Shown: positions 1 to 8,708, numbered from the stretch's first letter. The stretch: DNA of 46,569 nt from Candidatus Heimdallarchaeota archaeon (GCA_019057635.1 DXJL01000101.1:1-46569); one strand, 5' to 3'. Notes: generated by a model not told the origin, from the letters alone. Numbers and translations are program-made.

Positions 1-1
1 G

Positions 2-1549
2 ATTGAGCTCTATATTACACTTTTATTATTTGGAGTAGCCGTCTTAAGTTTGTTAAAGGGACGAAAAAGAGGACTTCATCAATACAGTCAATATTTACTA
101 ATAGTACTTTGTGGTATTTTGTGTATCGACATAATTCTACGGGTTTACACAATTTTTGGACAAGACATTACACTTTTTAGTATAATTTTGTTAATATTAG
201 GATTTATTGCTTTTCAAGAATTTCAAGTTCAAGGTAATGATATTGAAGCGCAAGAAATGCGAGAAAAAACAGCACACTTAAGAAAAGATTCGAATCGCAA
301 TATCAAAATATATGCGATAAATTTAATACTCATTCTTGTCCAAATAATTGTGATGATAATTGTCTCTTCAGAACCGTTACCAAATCCTATTGATCTACCA
401 CCTTCAAGTATTATAAATATACCCCCATTCATCACACTTACGAATTGGGGATCGATGATTGCCTTCGCGGGTATTTTTGTACTTATTTTTAGTGCGCTTT
501 ATTTATCAAAACTCGAACTTCCCGAAACTCATAATTTGTATCATCTTATGACTGGAATAAGGATTCTTTACGGATTTACTGCGGTTTCTATGATCTTTAA
601 TTTGAACTCACCTAATTTATTGAGACACACACTTGAGATGGCAGCTCCCATTGGATTGGCAGCACTAGGAGGTATGTTTTCAGAAAAATCTGGGGTTGTA
701 AATATTGGATTGGAGGGGATGATGTTATCTGGAGCTTTTGTTTCAGTTTGGATTACCTTTGAAACTGGGAATCCTTGGTTAGGAGTTCTAGGCGCCATTG
801 TTGGTGGGGCTTTGATGGGGTTGTTACATGCTATTGCATCTATTCGGTTTCGAGCTGATCAAGTTGTAGTTGGTGTGGCTATCAATCTTGTGGCTTCTGC
901 CTTAACAGCCTTGGGGATTCTCATTGTATGGAACGTCCAAGGTACAAGTGAAAACACTGTTCCATTCAAGAAAGTTCAATTGGAAATCCTTACAGAGATT
1001 CCCTTAGTTGGGGATATTCTTTACCAACTTGCAGGTGGAGCAAAAGGTCTTACTCCGTTAGTTTATGTCTTTATTTTGGCAATAATTGTAAGTGCATGGG
1101 TTATTCAACGTACAGCTTTTGGATTGCGAGTCAGGGCAGTTGGTGAACATCCTAGAGCAGCCGATACATTGGGGATAAATGTACATCAAATTCGTTATAT
1201 TTGTGTAGTCATTTCAGGAATTTTAGCAGCCGTAGGGGGAGCACAACTCACTCTAGGAACAGTACCCAGATTTCGAAGTGATGTTTCTTCAGGAAGAGGA
1301 TTTGTTGCACTCGCTGCATTAATCTTTGGTGGTTGGAGTCCAATTGGGGCCGCTTTAGCCAGTTTGTTATTTGCATTCGCATACGCTTTCCTAGCTCAAT
1401 TTCAGTTGCATGATATCACTTGGATTTGGAATACAGAGAAACTTATATCCACACTTCCATTTGTAATAACAATCATCGCTGTAGCAACAGTAGCTAAGCG
1501 TGCAAGGGCACCTGCAGCTGATGGAATTCCCTATGTCAAGGAAGGTTAA
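2..1549 (+). CDS. Nucleoside/sugar ABC transporter permease (BPD_transp_2 family) with extra N-terminal TM segments; 5'-truncated by the window edge
   Basis: Motifs LAALGGMFSEKSGVVNIGLEGMML, FGLRVRAVGEHPRAADTLGINV and GRGFVALAALIFGGWSP. The frame is open from position 2 (ATT GAG CTC...), so the true start probably lies upstream of the window. Confidence 0.9.
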   Translation: MELYITLLLFGVAVLSLLKGRKRGLHQYSQYLLIVLCGILCIDIILRVYTIFGQDITLFSIILLILGFIAFQEFQVQGNDIEAQEMREKTAHLRKDSNRNIKIYAINLILILVQIIVMIIVSSEPLPNPIDLPPSSIINIPPFITLTNWGSMIAFAGIFVLIFSALYLSKLELPETHNLYHLMTGIRILYGFTAVSMIFNLNSPNLLRHTLEMAAPIGLAALGGMFSEKSGVVNIGLEGMMLSGAFVSVWITFETGNPWLGVLGAIVGGALMGLLHAIASIRFRADQVVVGVAINLVASALTALGILIVWNVQGTSENTVPFKKVQLEILTEIPLVGDILYQLAGGAKGLTPLVYVFILAIIVSAWVIQRTAFGLRVRAVGEHPRAADTLGINVHQIRYICVVISGILAAVGGAQLTLGTVPRFRSDVSSGRGFVALAALIFGGWSPIGAALASLLFAFAYAFLAQFQLHDITWIWNTEKLISTLPFVITIIAVATVAKRARAPAADGIPYVKEG

Positions 1550-1611
1550 AACCTTCCTTCATTTCGCCAAATCCCTTAAAAATTAGTGAAAAAGTTAAGA
1601 TGTAGATAAAT

Positions 1612-2835
1612 TTGGAAAAGACGCTTATCACCTTTTTTTCCCCGATCTCAGATAGTGAAAAGAATCAAGAATTATGCAACAAGTGTAATAAGGGAGGATG
1701 GAAAATAATCTCGCCTTCCCAGGTTAACGAAATCTCCCAAGATCCTAAAGATAATCTCGTGTGGCTCTTTATTGGAACTGGAGGAACAGAAAAGAGTGTA
1801 ATTGATTATCTATCAAAGTTCTCTGATAAAACTATTCCTCTCATTGTAACCCATGATCATTACAATTCACTCCCTTCAGGAATGGAAATTAGGAAACATT
1901 TGGCGGATTTAAGAATGGGAACAAGGATTATCCACGTTGATATGAACAGAATATCTGATATCCTAAATAAAGAATATTTACTACTTGAAGTCAAGCAAAA
2001 ATTACAGGACTATAAACTAGGGTTAATTGGTGAAGTTTCTGACTGGTTAATTGCCTCACGAATTGTTCCAAAGAGTGTAAAAGATGTCTGGGGGGTAGAT
2101 TTAATCCCGATACCAATCAAGGAACTAGTTGAATCTATAACTCGTCACAGAGATGAAAAGTTAAGTGAGACAACCGAACAATTTCTTAAGCATGCACAAG
2201 CGACCGATAGAACGGATAACCAGATCTTTGAAGCTCAATATGTCGTACACGCAATTGAGGCTCTAGTAAAGAAGTATAATCTTGATGCATTCTCTATTGA
2301 ATGCTTTTCTCTAATTCAAGAAACCGATAGCACTTCTTGTTATGCTCTTTCTTATTTTAATGACATCGGGCTTGTTGCCGGATGTGAAGGTGATCTTCCT
2401 TCTACTTTTACAATGATATTAGCAAAACTCCTTGTAGATAAACCCTCCTTTATGGCAAATGTTATTTCTGTTAGTCCAGAAGAGAATATCGTGAATCTTG
2501 CTCATTGTACAGTACCACTAACTATGACTGAAGGCTATTCAATCCGATCTCATTTTGAATCAAATAAAGGAGTGGCAATTAAAGGCGAATTTAAACTCAA
2601 TGAACCTGTCACACTTATTAAAATTGGTGGAAGTTCGTTGACAGACTGGTGGGTTTCCTCGGGAATCATCCTCAAAAACCAAGATGATGAAGGATGCTGT
2701 AGAACTCAAGTTGAAATCCACCTCAAGGATTCTGTAAATTATTTTTTACAAAATTCCTTAGCCAATCATCATATAATGATTTTAGGAGACCATCAAGTAT
2801 TATTTGAGACTTTCCTCAATCAGTTCTTACAATAA
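1612..2835 (+). CDS. L-fucose/L-arabinose isomerase-like protein
   Basis: FIGTGGTE, NSLPSGMEI, AGCEGDLPS, LAHCTVP, SHFESNKGVAIKG, CRTQV and NHHIMILGD motifs of the FucI-like family. Confidence 0.75.
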   Translation: MEKTLITFFSPISDSEKNQELCNKCNKGGWKIISPSQVNEISQDPKDNLVWLFIGTGGTEKSVIDYLSKFSDKTIPLIVTHDHYNSLPSGMEIRKHLADLRMGTRIIHVDMNRISDILNKEYLLLEVKQKLQDYKLGLIGEVSDWLIASRIVPKSVKDVWGVDLIPIPIKELVESITRHRDEKLSETTEQFLKHAQATDRTDNQIFEAQYVVHAIEALVKKYNLDAFSIECFSLIQETDSTSCYALSYFNDIGLVAGCEGDLPSTFTMILAKLLVDKPSFMANVISVSPEENIVNLAHCTVPLTMTEGYSIRSHFESNKGVAIKGEFKLNEPVTLIKIGGSSLTDWWVSSGIILKNQDDEGCCRTQVEIHLKDSVNYFLQNSLANHHIMILGDHQVLFETFLNQFLQ

Positions 2836-2849
2836 TTGGAAAAAATAGG

Positions 2850-5336
2850 TTAACTTGCGCGAAGGCGAGAGTTAATGGCCAATCTTTCTAGAGTCATCTT
2901 TATTGTATCCTTTACCTTATCATTTTTCTGCATGTAATCTTCTAAGTAGACCTTAACTTCATCAGGGTTATTCAACCCAGCTACAGATACAATATTGCCA
3001 ATCACACCTTCTAAATGCATCGGGTGGAGTTTTTCTAATTCAACTATATTATTCTTGAACCATTCCCACAGATGATCAACTACAAACAAATTTCTCGCTG
3101 AGATCATAATTGGAAAAATCTTGTTTTTACTTGGAACTTTTTCAATGACATAATCAAGTGCATTTAACTGGAGATCCTTATCTTCAAAACTACCAATTGC
3201 GCGAAGAATATTAATCGTTTCAGGTTCAGGTATGTCTGCACTTTCGAGTTTTTTAATTAAAATAGCAAATGATGAGGGAACTTGTGCAGCTCCAATACGC
3301 GTTATACTAGATAATAGATCAGGGTGAATAGATTTACCTTCAAGATATTCATTGAATTTTTGGCGGCCAAATTCGGCGACTCCTTCATCATTGAAAAGAT
3401 AACTTGAAATTAACAGCGAACTACGCAGATTTGTAACTTGGTGCGGTTCATCTTCTTTGGGCTCATAGCCAATATGTTCTAGGACTTTATAGAATGCTTT
3501 AAAGCCAATTGCACTAATCCTTTCTCTTCGTGATTCGACAACTTGAAACGCATGAACTAGATTTGCACTCATAGCAACTAAGGGGAGATAATTGTCTTCT
3601 TCGGTAAAATATTCCATGAAATCCAAATAATCGTCGATAGAATAGTCCTCACTTCTCACAAACGCATAAAGATCATTATGCAAACCATAACGATCTCTTG
3701 GGGATAAAACTTTCTGTTTAACTAATTTTCCAAGCGCATGGAGATTTTCCTTTTCATAAATCACTCGGTAAAAACCTGATTGTTCAAAATTTAATTTGTG
3801 AGCGGTTACGCCATCTGGTAAGGAAATAACCATTGATTTTTCATTAAATACGAATCTTTGTGTATCAATCAATTGAGTTTCTCTGTAAAAGGAAATAGTA
3901 AGAGGGATCATCCACACGTTAGCTGACGAATTGGGGAGGTATGAAAAACGACTTTGCTCGAGAGATAAATGATCTCCAACCTTGTGAACAGTTATTAAGG
4001 GGTATCCTGGTTGGTAAATCCAAGTTTTCATCATTTCGGATATAGGTTCACCTGTTGCCTCTTCTATCCCCTGCCAATATGCACTACTTTCTACACATTC
4101 AAATTTATGATTATTCAAAAAATATTGAATACCTTTCTTAAACTTATCTTCACCTAGGTACCCTTGAATCATTTGTAATACCGCTCCACCTTTTGAATAG
4201 ATAATTGGAGCAGTTGCAGCCGTTATTTTAGTATTTTCGCCCTTTCCTGGAAGCTCAATTGGAAATGTTTCTAATAAGGAGTCCCGTTCAAACGCTGAGT
4301 CAACTTCTCCAGCCAGAAAGCCTTCCCAGATCTGCCATTCAGGATGGTAGTAATCTGCAATAGCGTATCCAAAAAGCGTGGCGAATGATTCATTTAACCA
4401 TATATATTTCCATTCTACAGGACTGACTAAATTCCCAAACCATTGATGAGCTACCTCATGTGCGATTACTTCTGCAATTCTCTCAATTCCCGCTTTTGAT
4501 GTGATTCCAGGATATACAAGAAGAATATTCTCTCGATATGTAATAGCAGCATAATTTTCCATTGCTCCAAAAGCAAAATCAGGTACTGCGATTTGATCCA
4601 ACTTGTCAATGGGGAATTTGATACCAGTATACTTTTCCCCAAATTCGATACTTTTTCTACCGAAATCCAACGCATAGTCAGCAAATTGTGTTTTTCCAGG
4701 AGTAGTGGCAATTCGATATCGTATAGCTTCCGAGGATGCTTCAAGATACTCAAAATCTCCGATACCAAAGAAAAGAAGATAGCTCGACATTTTAGGGGTT
4801 CTTTTAAATTTTATTAGTTTTTTGTCATTTTTTAAGTCAGTTTCCTCTTCAACACGAGTATTAGCTATTCCGGAGAACTTTTTATCAATAATAAATTCGA
4901 TATTGAACGTCGCTTTCATCGAAGGATGATCAAAACAGGGAAAGGCTTGACGAGCGTGATCTTCTTCGAACTGGGTGACTGCAATAAACTTCTCCTCCTC
5001 ATTTTCAATATATTTACTTCGATAAAGTCCCACTAATTTGTCATTAATAAGACCCATATATTCTATCTTAAGAACTAAATCACTTTTAACTTCTGGTAAG
5101 TCTATTGAAAGAATCTGTTTTTTCGGATTGAAACTAAATTGGCATTCAATGAATTTCTTTTCCTTTTTCACTTGACATTTCCAAACTGCAAGTTCATGTG
5201 CATTTAACTCTATTTTATCAATTGGTTCAGTTGCTCTAATACTTATTTCAGTTAAGCCAGAAAAATAAAAATTTTCGAAATTTGGTTCTAATCTTATAGA
5301 ATAATGACTGGGTCTAATTTTGGCCATGGTTTTCAC
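2850..5336 (-). CDS. M1 family aminopeptidase (tricorn-interacting factor F2/F3 or puromycin-sensitive type)
   Basis: GAMEN exopeptidase motif, HEVAHQWFGNLV...WLNESFAT zinc motif, YSKGGAVL, C-terminal ERAP1-like region. Confidence 0.95.
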   Translation of the reverse strand: MKTMAKIRPSHYSIRLEPNFENFYFSGLTEISIRATEPIDKIELNAHELAVWKCQVKKEKKFIECQFSFNPKKQILSIDLPEVKSDLVLKIEYMGLINDKLVGLYRSKYIENEEEKFIAVTQFEEDHARQAFPCFDHPSMKATFNIEFIIDKKFSGIANTRVEEETDLKNDKKLIKFKRTPKMSSYLLFFGIGDFEYLEASSEAIRYRIATTPGKTQFADYALDFGRKSIEFGEKYTGIKFPIDKLDQIAVPDFAFGAMENYAAITYRENILLVYPGITSKAGIERIAEVIAHEVAHQWFGNLVSPVEWKYIWLNESFATLFGYAIADYYHPEWQIWEGFLAGEVDSAFERDSLLETFPIELPGKGENTKITAATAPIIYSKGGAVLQMIQGYLGEDKFKKGIQYFLNNHKFECVESSAYWQGIEEATGEPISEMMKTWIYQPGYPLITVHKVGDHLSLEQSRFSYLPNSSANVWMIPLTISFYRETQLIDTQRFVFNEKSMVISLPDGVTAHKLNFEQSGFYRVIYEKENLHALGKLVKQKVLSPRDRYGLHNDLYAFVRSEDYSIDDYLDFMEYFTEEDNYLPLVAMSANLVHAFQVVESRRERISAIGFKAFYKVLEHIGYEPKEDEPHQVTNLRSSLLISSYLFNDEGVAEFGRQKFNEYLEGKSIHPDLLSSITRIGAAQVPSSFAILIKKLESADIPEPETINILRAIGSFEDKDLQLNALDYVIEKVPSKNKIFPIMISARNLFVVDHLWEWFKNNIVELEKLHPMHLEGVIGNIVSVAGLNNPDEVKVYLEDYMQKNDKVKDTIKMTLERLAINSRLRAS

Positions 5337-5445
5337 TTCCGAGTTATTATCTTGTTATTTGGACTGAATTAAATCAATTCTAAAATTATTGTGTTAATTA
5401 TTCCAGATGTTGAAGATGATATTTTTTTTATCTTAAATTAGTTCT

Positions 5446-5468
5446 ATGACTAAATTTGTCAGACAACT
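5446..5468. repeat. Inverted repeat, tnpB 3' side
   Basis: ATGACTAAATTTGTCAGACAACT, perfect inverted partner of 6833-6855. Confidence 0.95.
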
Positions 5469-5469
5469 A

Positions 5470-5620
5470 GTGAAAAACTAGTTCTGGACAGGATGAGTCA
5501 CACATCCACTATCCGGCAGGAGAGCAATACTAGAAGGTATGCGTTCCTTTGGGACTACTTGGGGAGCAGAGTGAACCCGCTGAAGAATATTACATGCAGC
5601 ATTGTAATCGGCATTTAGTT
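5470..5620 (-). ncRNA. Putative omegaRNA/reRNA scaffold overlapping the tnpB 3' end (5' boundary is a guess)
   Basis: Hairpin GGATAGTGGATG-TGTGACT-CATCCTGTCC (5514-5486) in the last codons, followed by a TTTTTCAC right-end-like motif ending at 5470. The position matches known TnpB guide RNAs. Confidence 0.45.
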
Positions 5621-6731
5621 GAACTCCACACATTTGGCAACAAAAAGATCCCCGTGATCGACGATTTTTTTTAGCCAGATAACCGCACTTACTGCATTGC
5701 TGGGACGTGTACGCTTCGTTGACACGGATGACCGTTATACCAACTAGTTTAGCTTTATACTCAAGCATTTGTACGAATTAAAGAAAAGGAAGCTGGACAA
5801 ATGATTGATTGGTCCGTTTTCCAAGGTTGCAGTGTTGTTTCCACCTCGGATTATAGCCAATAACAAGGGTCTGAATATTCTGCGTTAAACAATACTTAAT
5901 AATTCGGCGAGAGGTTTGATGAAAGAAATCGCGAAGGCGGTTTGTTCGGAGACGGTGGAGGCGTAGCATCCGTCGAGTCAGCAGCTGCTGGTTGCAGGTG
6001 GTCGCTAAGGAGCGATAGTGCGCGAGCTGCTTGTTATACCACTGATTGATGGTCTTTACCACCCCGCCTTTGACGAGTAAGCCGTCTGACGTAGTTACGA
6101 GGTTGGTAAGCCCAAGATCTATCCCCATAGCGCGGGAAGGAGAATCCGCGGAGGGAAAGGCTAGCTCTTGCACTTCATACAGTATTTCGACCATAAAGCG
6201 ATCGTAATAGGGGACCAGACGTGCCCCCACACAGGTGTCGGCCGTTAAGGGAAGCGATCCGACTGGAAAGGTCGGAAACCCGCGTCTCGTGAGATTTTTC
6301 GCAAATAGAATCTGGTTGTTCCGAATTCGGACCCGAGGGCGGGGAAAATTGAGCATATGCAAAGCATCCTTAGGCTTATACCGTGGGATTCGTGGCCGGG
6401 TGTGAAATTTGGTGGGATCCTTTTTCCAAGCTTTTAGGCCGTTAAAAAAGCTCCGCCAAGTTTGTTCTATTTGCCGTAAGACTTGTTGGGGTAAATAACT
6501 ATCCGAAATAGCTTTTAACGTGAGATAGACAGGTTCATGTTTAAGGCGATGATATAACGCAGTATATTGCACCCAGCTTCCTGTTCTGAAGAATTCTTGG
6601 CAGACCTCATAGGTGGCACGATTATACAAATTTTTAGCACAGGTACACAACTCCGTAAAAATGGGCCGAGGTTTCATTTGCATACGGATAGCTAATTGTG
6701 GTTGAGGATGTTTTTTGGTGCGCATTCCCAC
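5478..6731 (-). pseudogene. tnpB: RNA-guided endonuclease TnpB (IS200/IS605, IS1341-like) interrupted by one in-frame TAA at 5778-5780
   Basis: KNLYNRATY N-terminus, RuvC-I GIDLG, LVIGYN, VNEAYTSQQC, zinc finger CSKC...CQMC, RuvC-III NADYNAACNI. The two ORFs share one frame: ...CCT TTT CTT TAA TTC GTA CAA ATG CTT GAG. Confidence 0.92.
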
Positions 6732-6782
6732 TCTTTTCTAGATTTTTCCCTCCTATAAGTTTGTAACCGAGAGAGAGCGGTG

Positions 6783-6810
6783 AAAATGACGAATATGACG
6801 AAAATGAACG
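6783..6810. repeat. Three tandem ~9-bp direct repeats near the element end
   Basis: AAAATGACG AATATGACG AAAATGAACG. Confidence 0.75.
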
Positions 6811-6832
6811 CTTTTTTCTTCGAAAGATTCTA

Positions 6833-6855
6833 AGTTGTCTGACAAATTTAGTCAT
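6833..6855. repeat. Inverted repeat, tnpB 5' side
   Basis: AGTTGTCTGACAAATTTAGTCAT, perfect inverted partner of 5446-5468. Confidence 0.95.
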
Positions 6856-6859
6856 GTTT

Positions 6860-7261
6860 TTAATTTTTTTTAATCATATCTCTACCTCTCATCCATTCTA
6901 TAGTTCTTTCTACTCCTGTTTCAAAATCGACAATTGGTTTAATACCGAGGTTTTCCTTAGCTTTCTGATTCATATAATTACGGCTAGTAGGAATTTTCTT
7001 CAGTGCATTTGGAACATAAGGATAGCCAAAATTCCGCCAGCGATAAAATCTAAGGAGGAATGGCCAAAAAGGTCGTGCAAGTAATAAAGGGAAAGGGGAA
7101 ATGAAAAGAGGTTTTCTTCTGCCAAGTTTTTCCGCAATAGTAGTAAAAATTTGTCGATAAGTCTGAGGTTCATCGGAAGCCAGAATATAGATTTCTCCAA
7201 TTGTTTGCTCAGGATGTAGGATTATTTTAATGAATACTGGAGATTGAAAATCGATTAGTTC
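6860..7261 (-). pseudogene. C-terminal remnant of an NAD-dependent epimerase/dehydratase (extended SDR); no usable start codon, not in ORF track
   Basis: Open frame translates ...HPEQTIGEIYILASDEPQTYRQIFTTIAEKLGRRKP...YMNQKAKENLGIKPIVDFETGVERTIEWMRGRDMIKKN*, a typical extended-SDR C-terminus. The Rossmann and YxxxK parts are absent. Confidence 0.8.
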
Positions 7262-7948
7262 TTAGGTTTCTACGACATCAAGAACCTCTTTCAACGATAT
7301 TGGTAATTTAAAATCGACTACTGAATCCAATTCTGACTCAGAAATTAACTTTAGTTTGTCAGACAGTCGATAATAAATTGGATCTAGAACCTCGGATTTT
7401 CCTCTCGTTTCGGGATATTGAGGATTTATACTACAACATCCGCCAGGTAGGATAGATAAACCATAATACCCCCACTTCTTAGATAAACTTACTACTTCTT
7501 CCTTATTATATCCAATTAACGGCCTAAGCGCTAGAATATTGATCTTAGATGTTACCATTGGCAAATTATCAAGTGTTTGACTTGCTTGTTCCCCCATTAT
7601 TTCACCTGTGATAACGGCCTCAGCTCCTCGCTGATTTGCGAATTGTTGGGCCTTATAAAACATCTGCATTCGGCAAAATAAGCAAGTTTGTTGAATTTCT
7701 CGTCCTTCTAAGCCATTAAGAATTTTTTCTTGTGTTCCACCGTGTGTCATAATTGAGAGACTTAATGGAGTTGAACTATTTCGACTCGCAATCTGATTTG
7801 CCAAGGCCACGACTTTTTCCAAAGTACCTGGGGAATGAAAAGGATAATTATGATAGTGTAGAAGTAATGGTTGGAAACCATTTTTTATCGCAATCTGAGC
7901 TGCTACAGGGCTATCTATACCACCAGATATCAAACATACAGCTTTCAT
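7262..7948 (-). CDS. thiI: ThiI-like PP-loop sulfurtransferase, catalytic domain only (no THUMP)
   Basis: LISGGIDSPVA PP-loop, TCLFCRMQM, ITGEIMGEQASQTLDNL, LRPLIGYNKEEV, GGCC. Likely start is ATG 7948 rather than 8008. Confidence 0.8.
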   Translation of the reverse strand: MKAVCLISGGIDSPVAAQIAIKNGFQPLLLHYHNYPFHSPGTLEKVVALANQIASRNSSTPLSLSIMTHGGTQEKILNGLEGREIQQTCLFCRMQMFYKAQQFANQRGAEAVITGEIMGEQASQTLDNLPMVTSKINILALRPLIGYNKEEVVSLSKKWGYYGLSILPGGCCSINPQYPETRGKSEVLDPIYYRLSDKLKLISESELDSVVDFKLPISLKEVLDVVET

Positions 7949-8190
7949 GTGAGGCAGAATCCAAGAATAATACTCAAAACCGTAATATGCTATATTATCG
8001 CAACACAAATTTCAAACATAAGGAATTATTGGTAGGAAAACGAGACCAATCCAGTGATAAATTTAGAAAGAATAATGTATACAATCAATGAAAATGAATT
8101 TCATTTTTGTTTATAGAATGGAATGAAATTTCAGTCACTAGACGAAATTAAGTTCAAATTTTTAAATAGTTCTGAAGGAGAAGTGCGTTC

Positions 8191-8493
8191 ATTACGTCAT
8201 TCGTATTTTCAGTCAAAATTTGTGACAATAATCCATACCGATGGTACATTTCCTTTAATCTAAGTAAACCATTCTCACTAGAGAACATAAAAAAAGGTTT
8301 AGAACAGAATTCTTACCGAACTTTAGCCTCAACCCCAACGGTTATGGTATTTCGATCAATCTCAGCTAGATTAACTTGGCATTCACATGGACTTTTACAA
8401 GTGGATTATAATGATAAACAAGAACGAATGGTAGAAACTGTTGAGAATTTTGTTGAAGAACTTCTTGGATTCGTCTATCCAGAAAGTATCTAA
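8191..8493 (+). CDS. Unannotated ~100-aa hypothetical protein, possible ATT start
   Basis: Open frame 8176-8493. SD-like GAAGGAG (8174-8180) precedes ATT 8191. Globular-looking translation ending ...TVENFVEELLGFVYPESI*. Confidence 0.5.
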   Translation: MTSFVFSVKICDNNPYRWYISFNLSKPFSLENIKKGLEQNSYRTLASTPTVMVFRSISARLTWHSHGLLQVDYNDKQERMVETVENFVEELLGFVYPESI

Positions 8494-8708
8494 CTAGAAT
8501 TATCTTGATAACTCATCTCTCAACCGATAAAAGGGGAATCTATTTATTAATTCATTTTTTTTGTAATATCAAAAAACACAATTTCAAAAGCATTAAAAAT
8601 AAAGATATCACTAAATTTTCGTACATAAAAATCTAAAGAGCAATCCAACGACATAAAACAGCGAATACTTAAATAATATCTAATTATCCGGGTAAATAGT
8701 TGTAATCG

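Larger units (their letters stand above)
5446..6855. mobile_element. Non-autonomous 1410-bp element bounded by perfect 23-bp inverted repeats, carrying only tnpB
   Basis: 5446-5468 ATGACTAAATTTGTCAGACAACT is the exact reverse complement of 6833-6855 AGTTGTCTGACAAATTTAGTCAT. The interior is GC-richer than the flanks (36/60 GC at 5941-6000 vs 16/60 at 5221-5280). No transposase inside. Confidence 0.85.

Noticed and set aside
5769-5780. Programmed frameshift or Sec/Pyl recoding in tnpB
   Set aside because: The two parts are in frame and the stop is TAA, not TGA or TAG.
5441-6860. Target-site duplication around the IR element
   Set aside because: Flanks GTTCT and GTTTT differ, and an AT dinucleotide TSD cannot be distinguished from the IR itself. 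No TSD or IS family was assigned.
7000-7200. 66-aa ORF from the track (also 6634-6855, 6854-7084 and 7753-8091)
   Set aside because: Alternative frames or antisense over the epimerase remnant, the element end or thiI; no protein-like features.
7259-7264. Stop-codon readthrough fusing ThiI to the epimerase fragment
   Set aside because: Being in frame has a 1-in-3 chance, the stop is TAA, and the fragment lacks its catalytic domain.
8091-8133. Palindromes AAAATGAA-T-TTCATTTT and TGAAATTTCA in the divergent intergenic region
   Set aside because: Almost all A/T, so plausible by chance in this genome.
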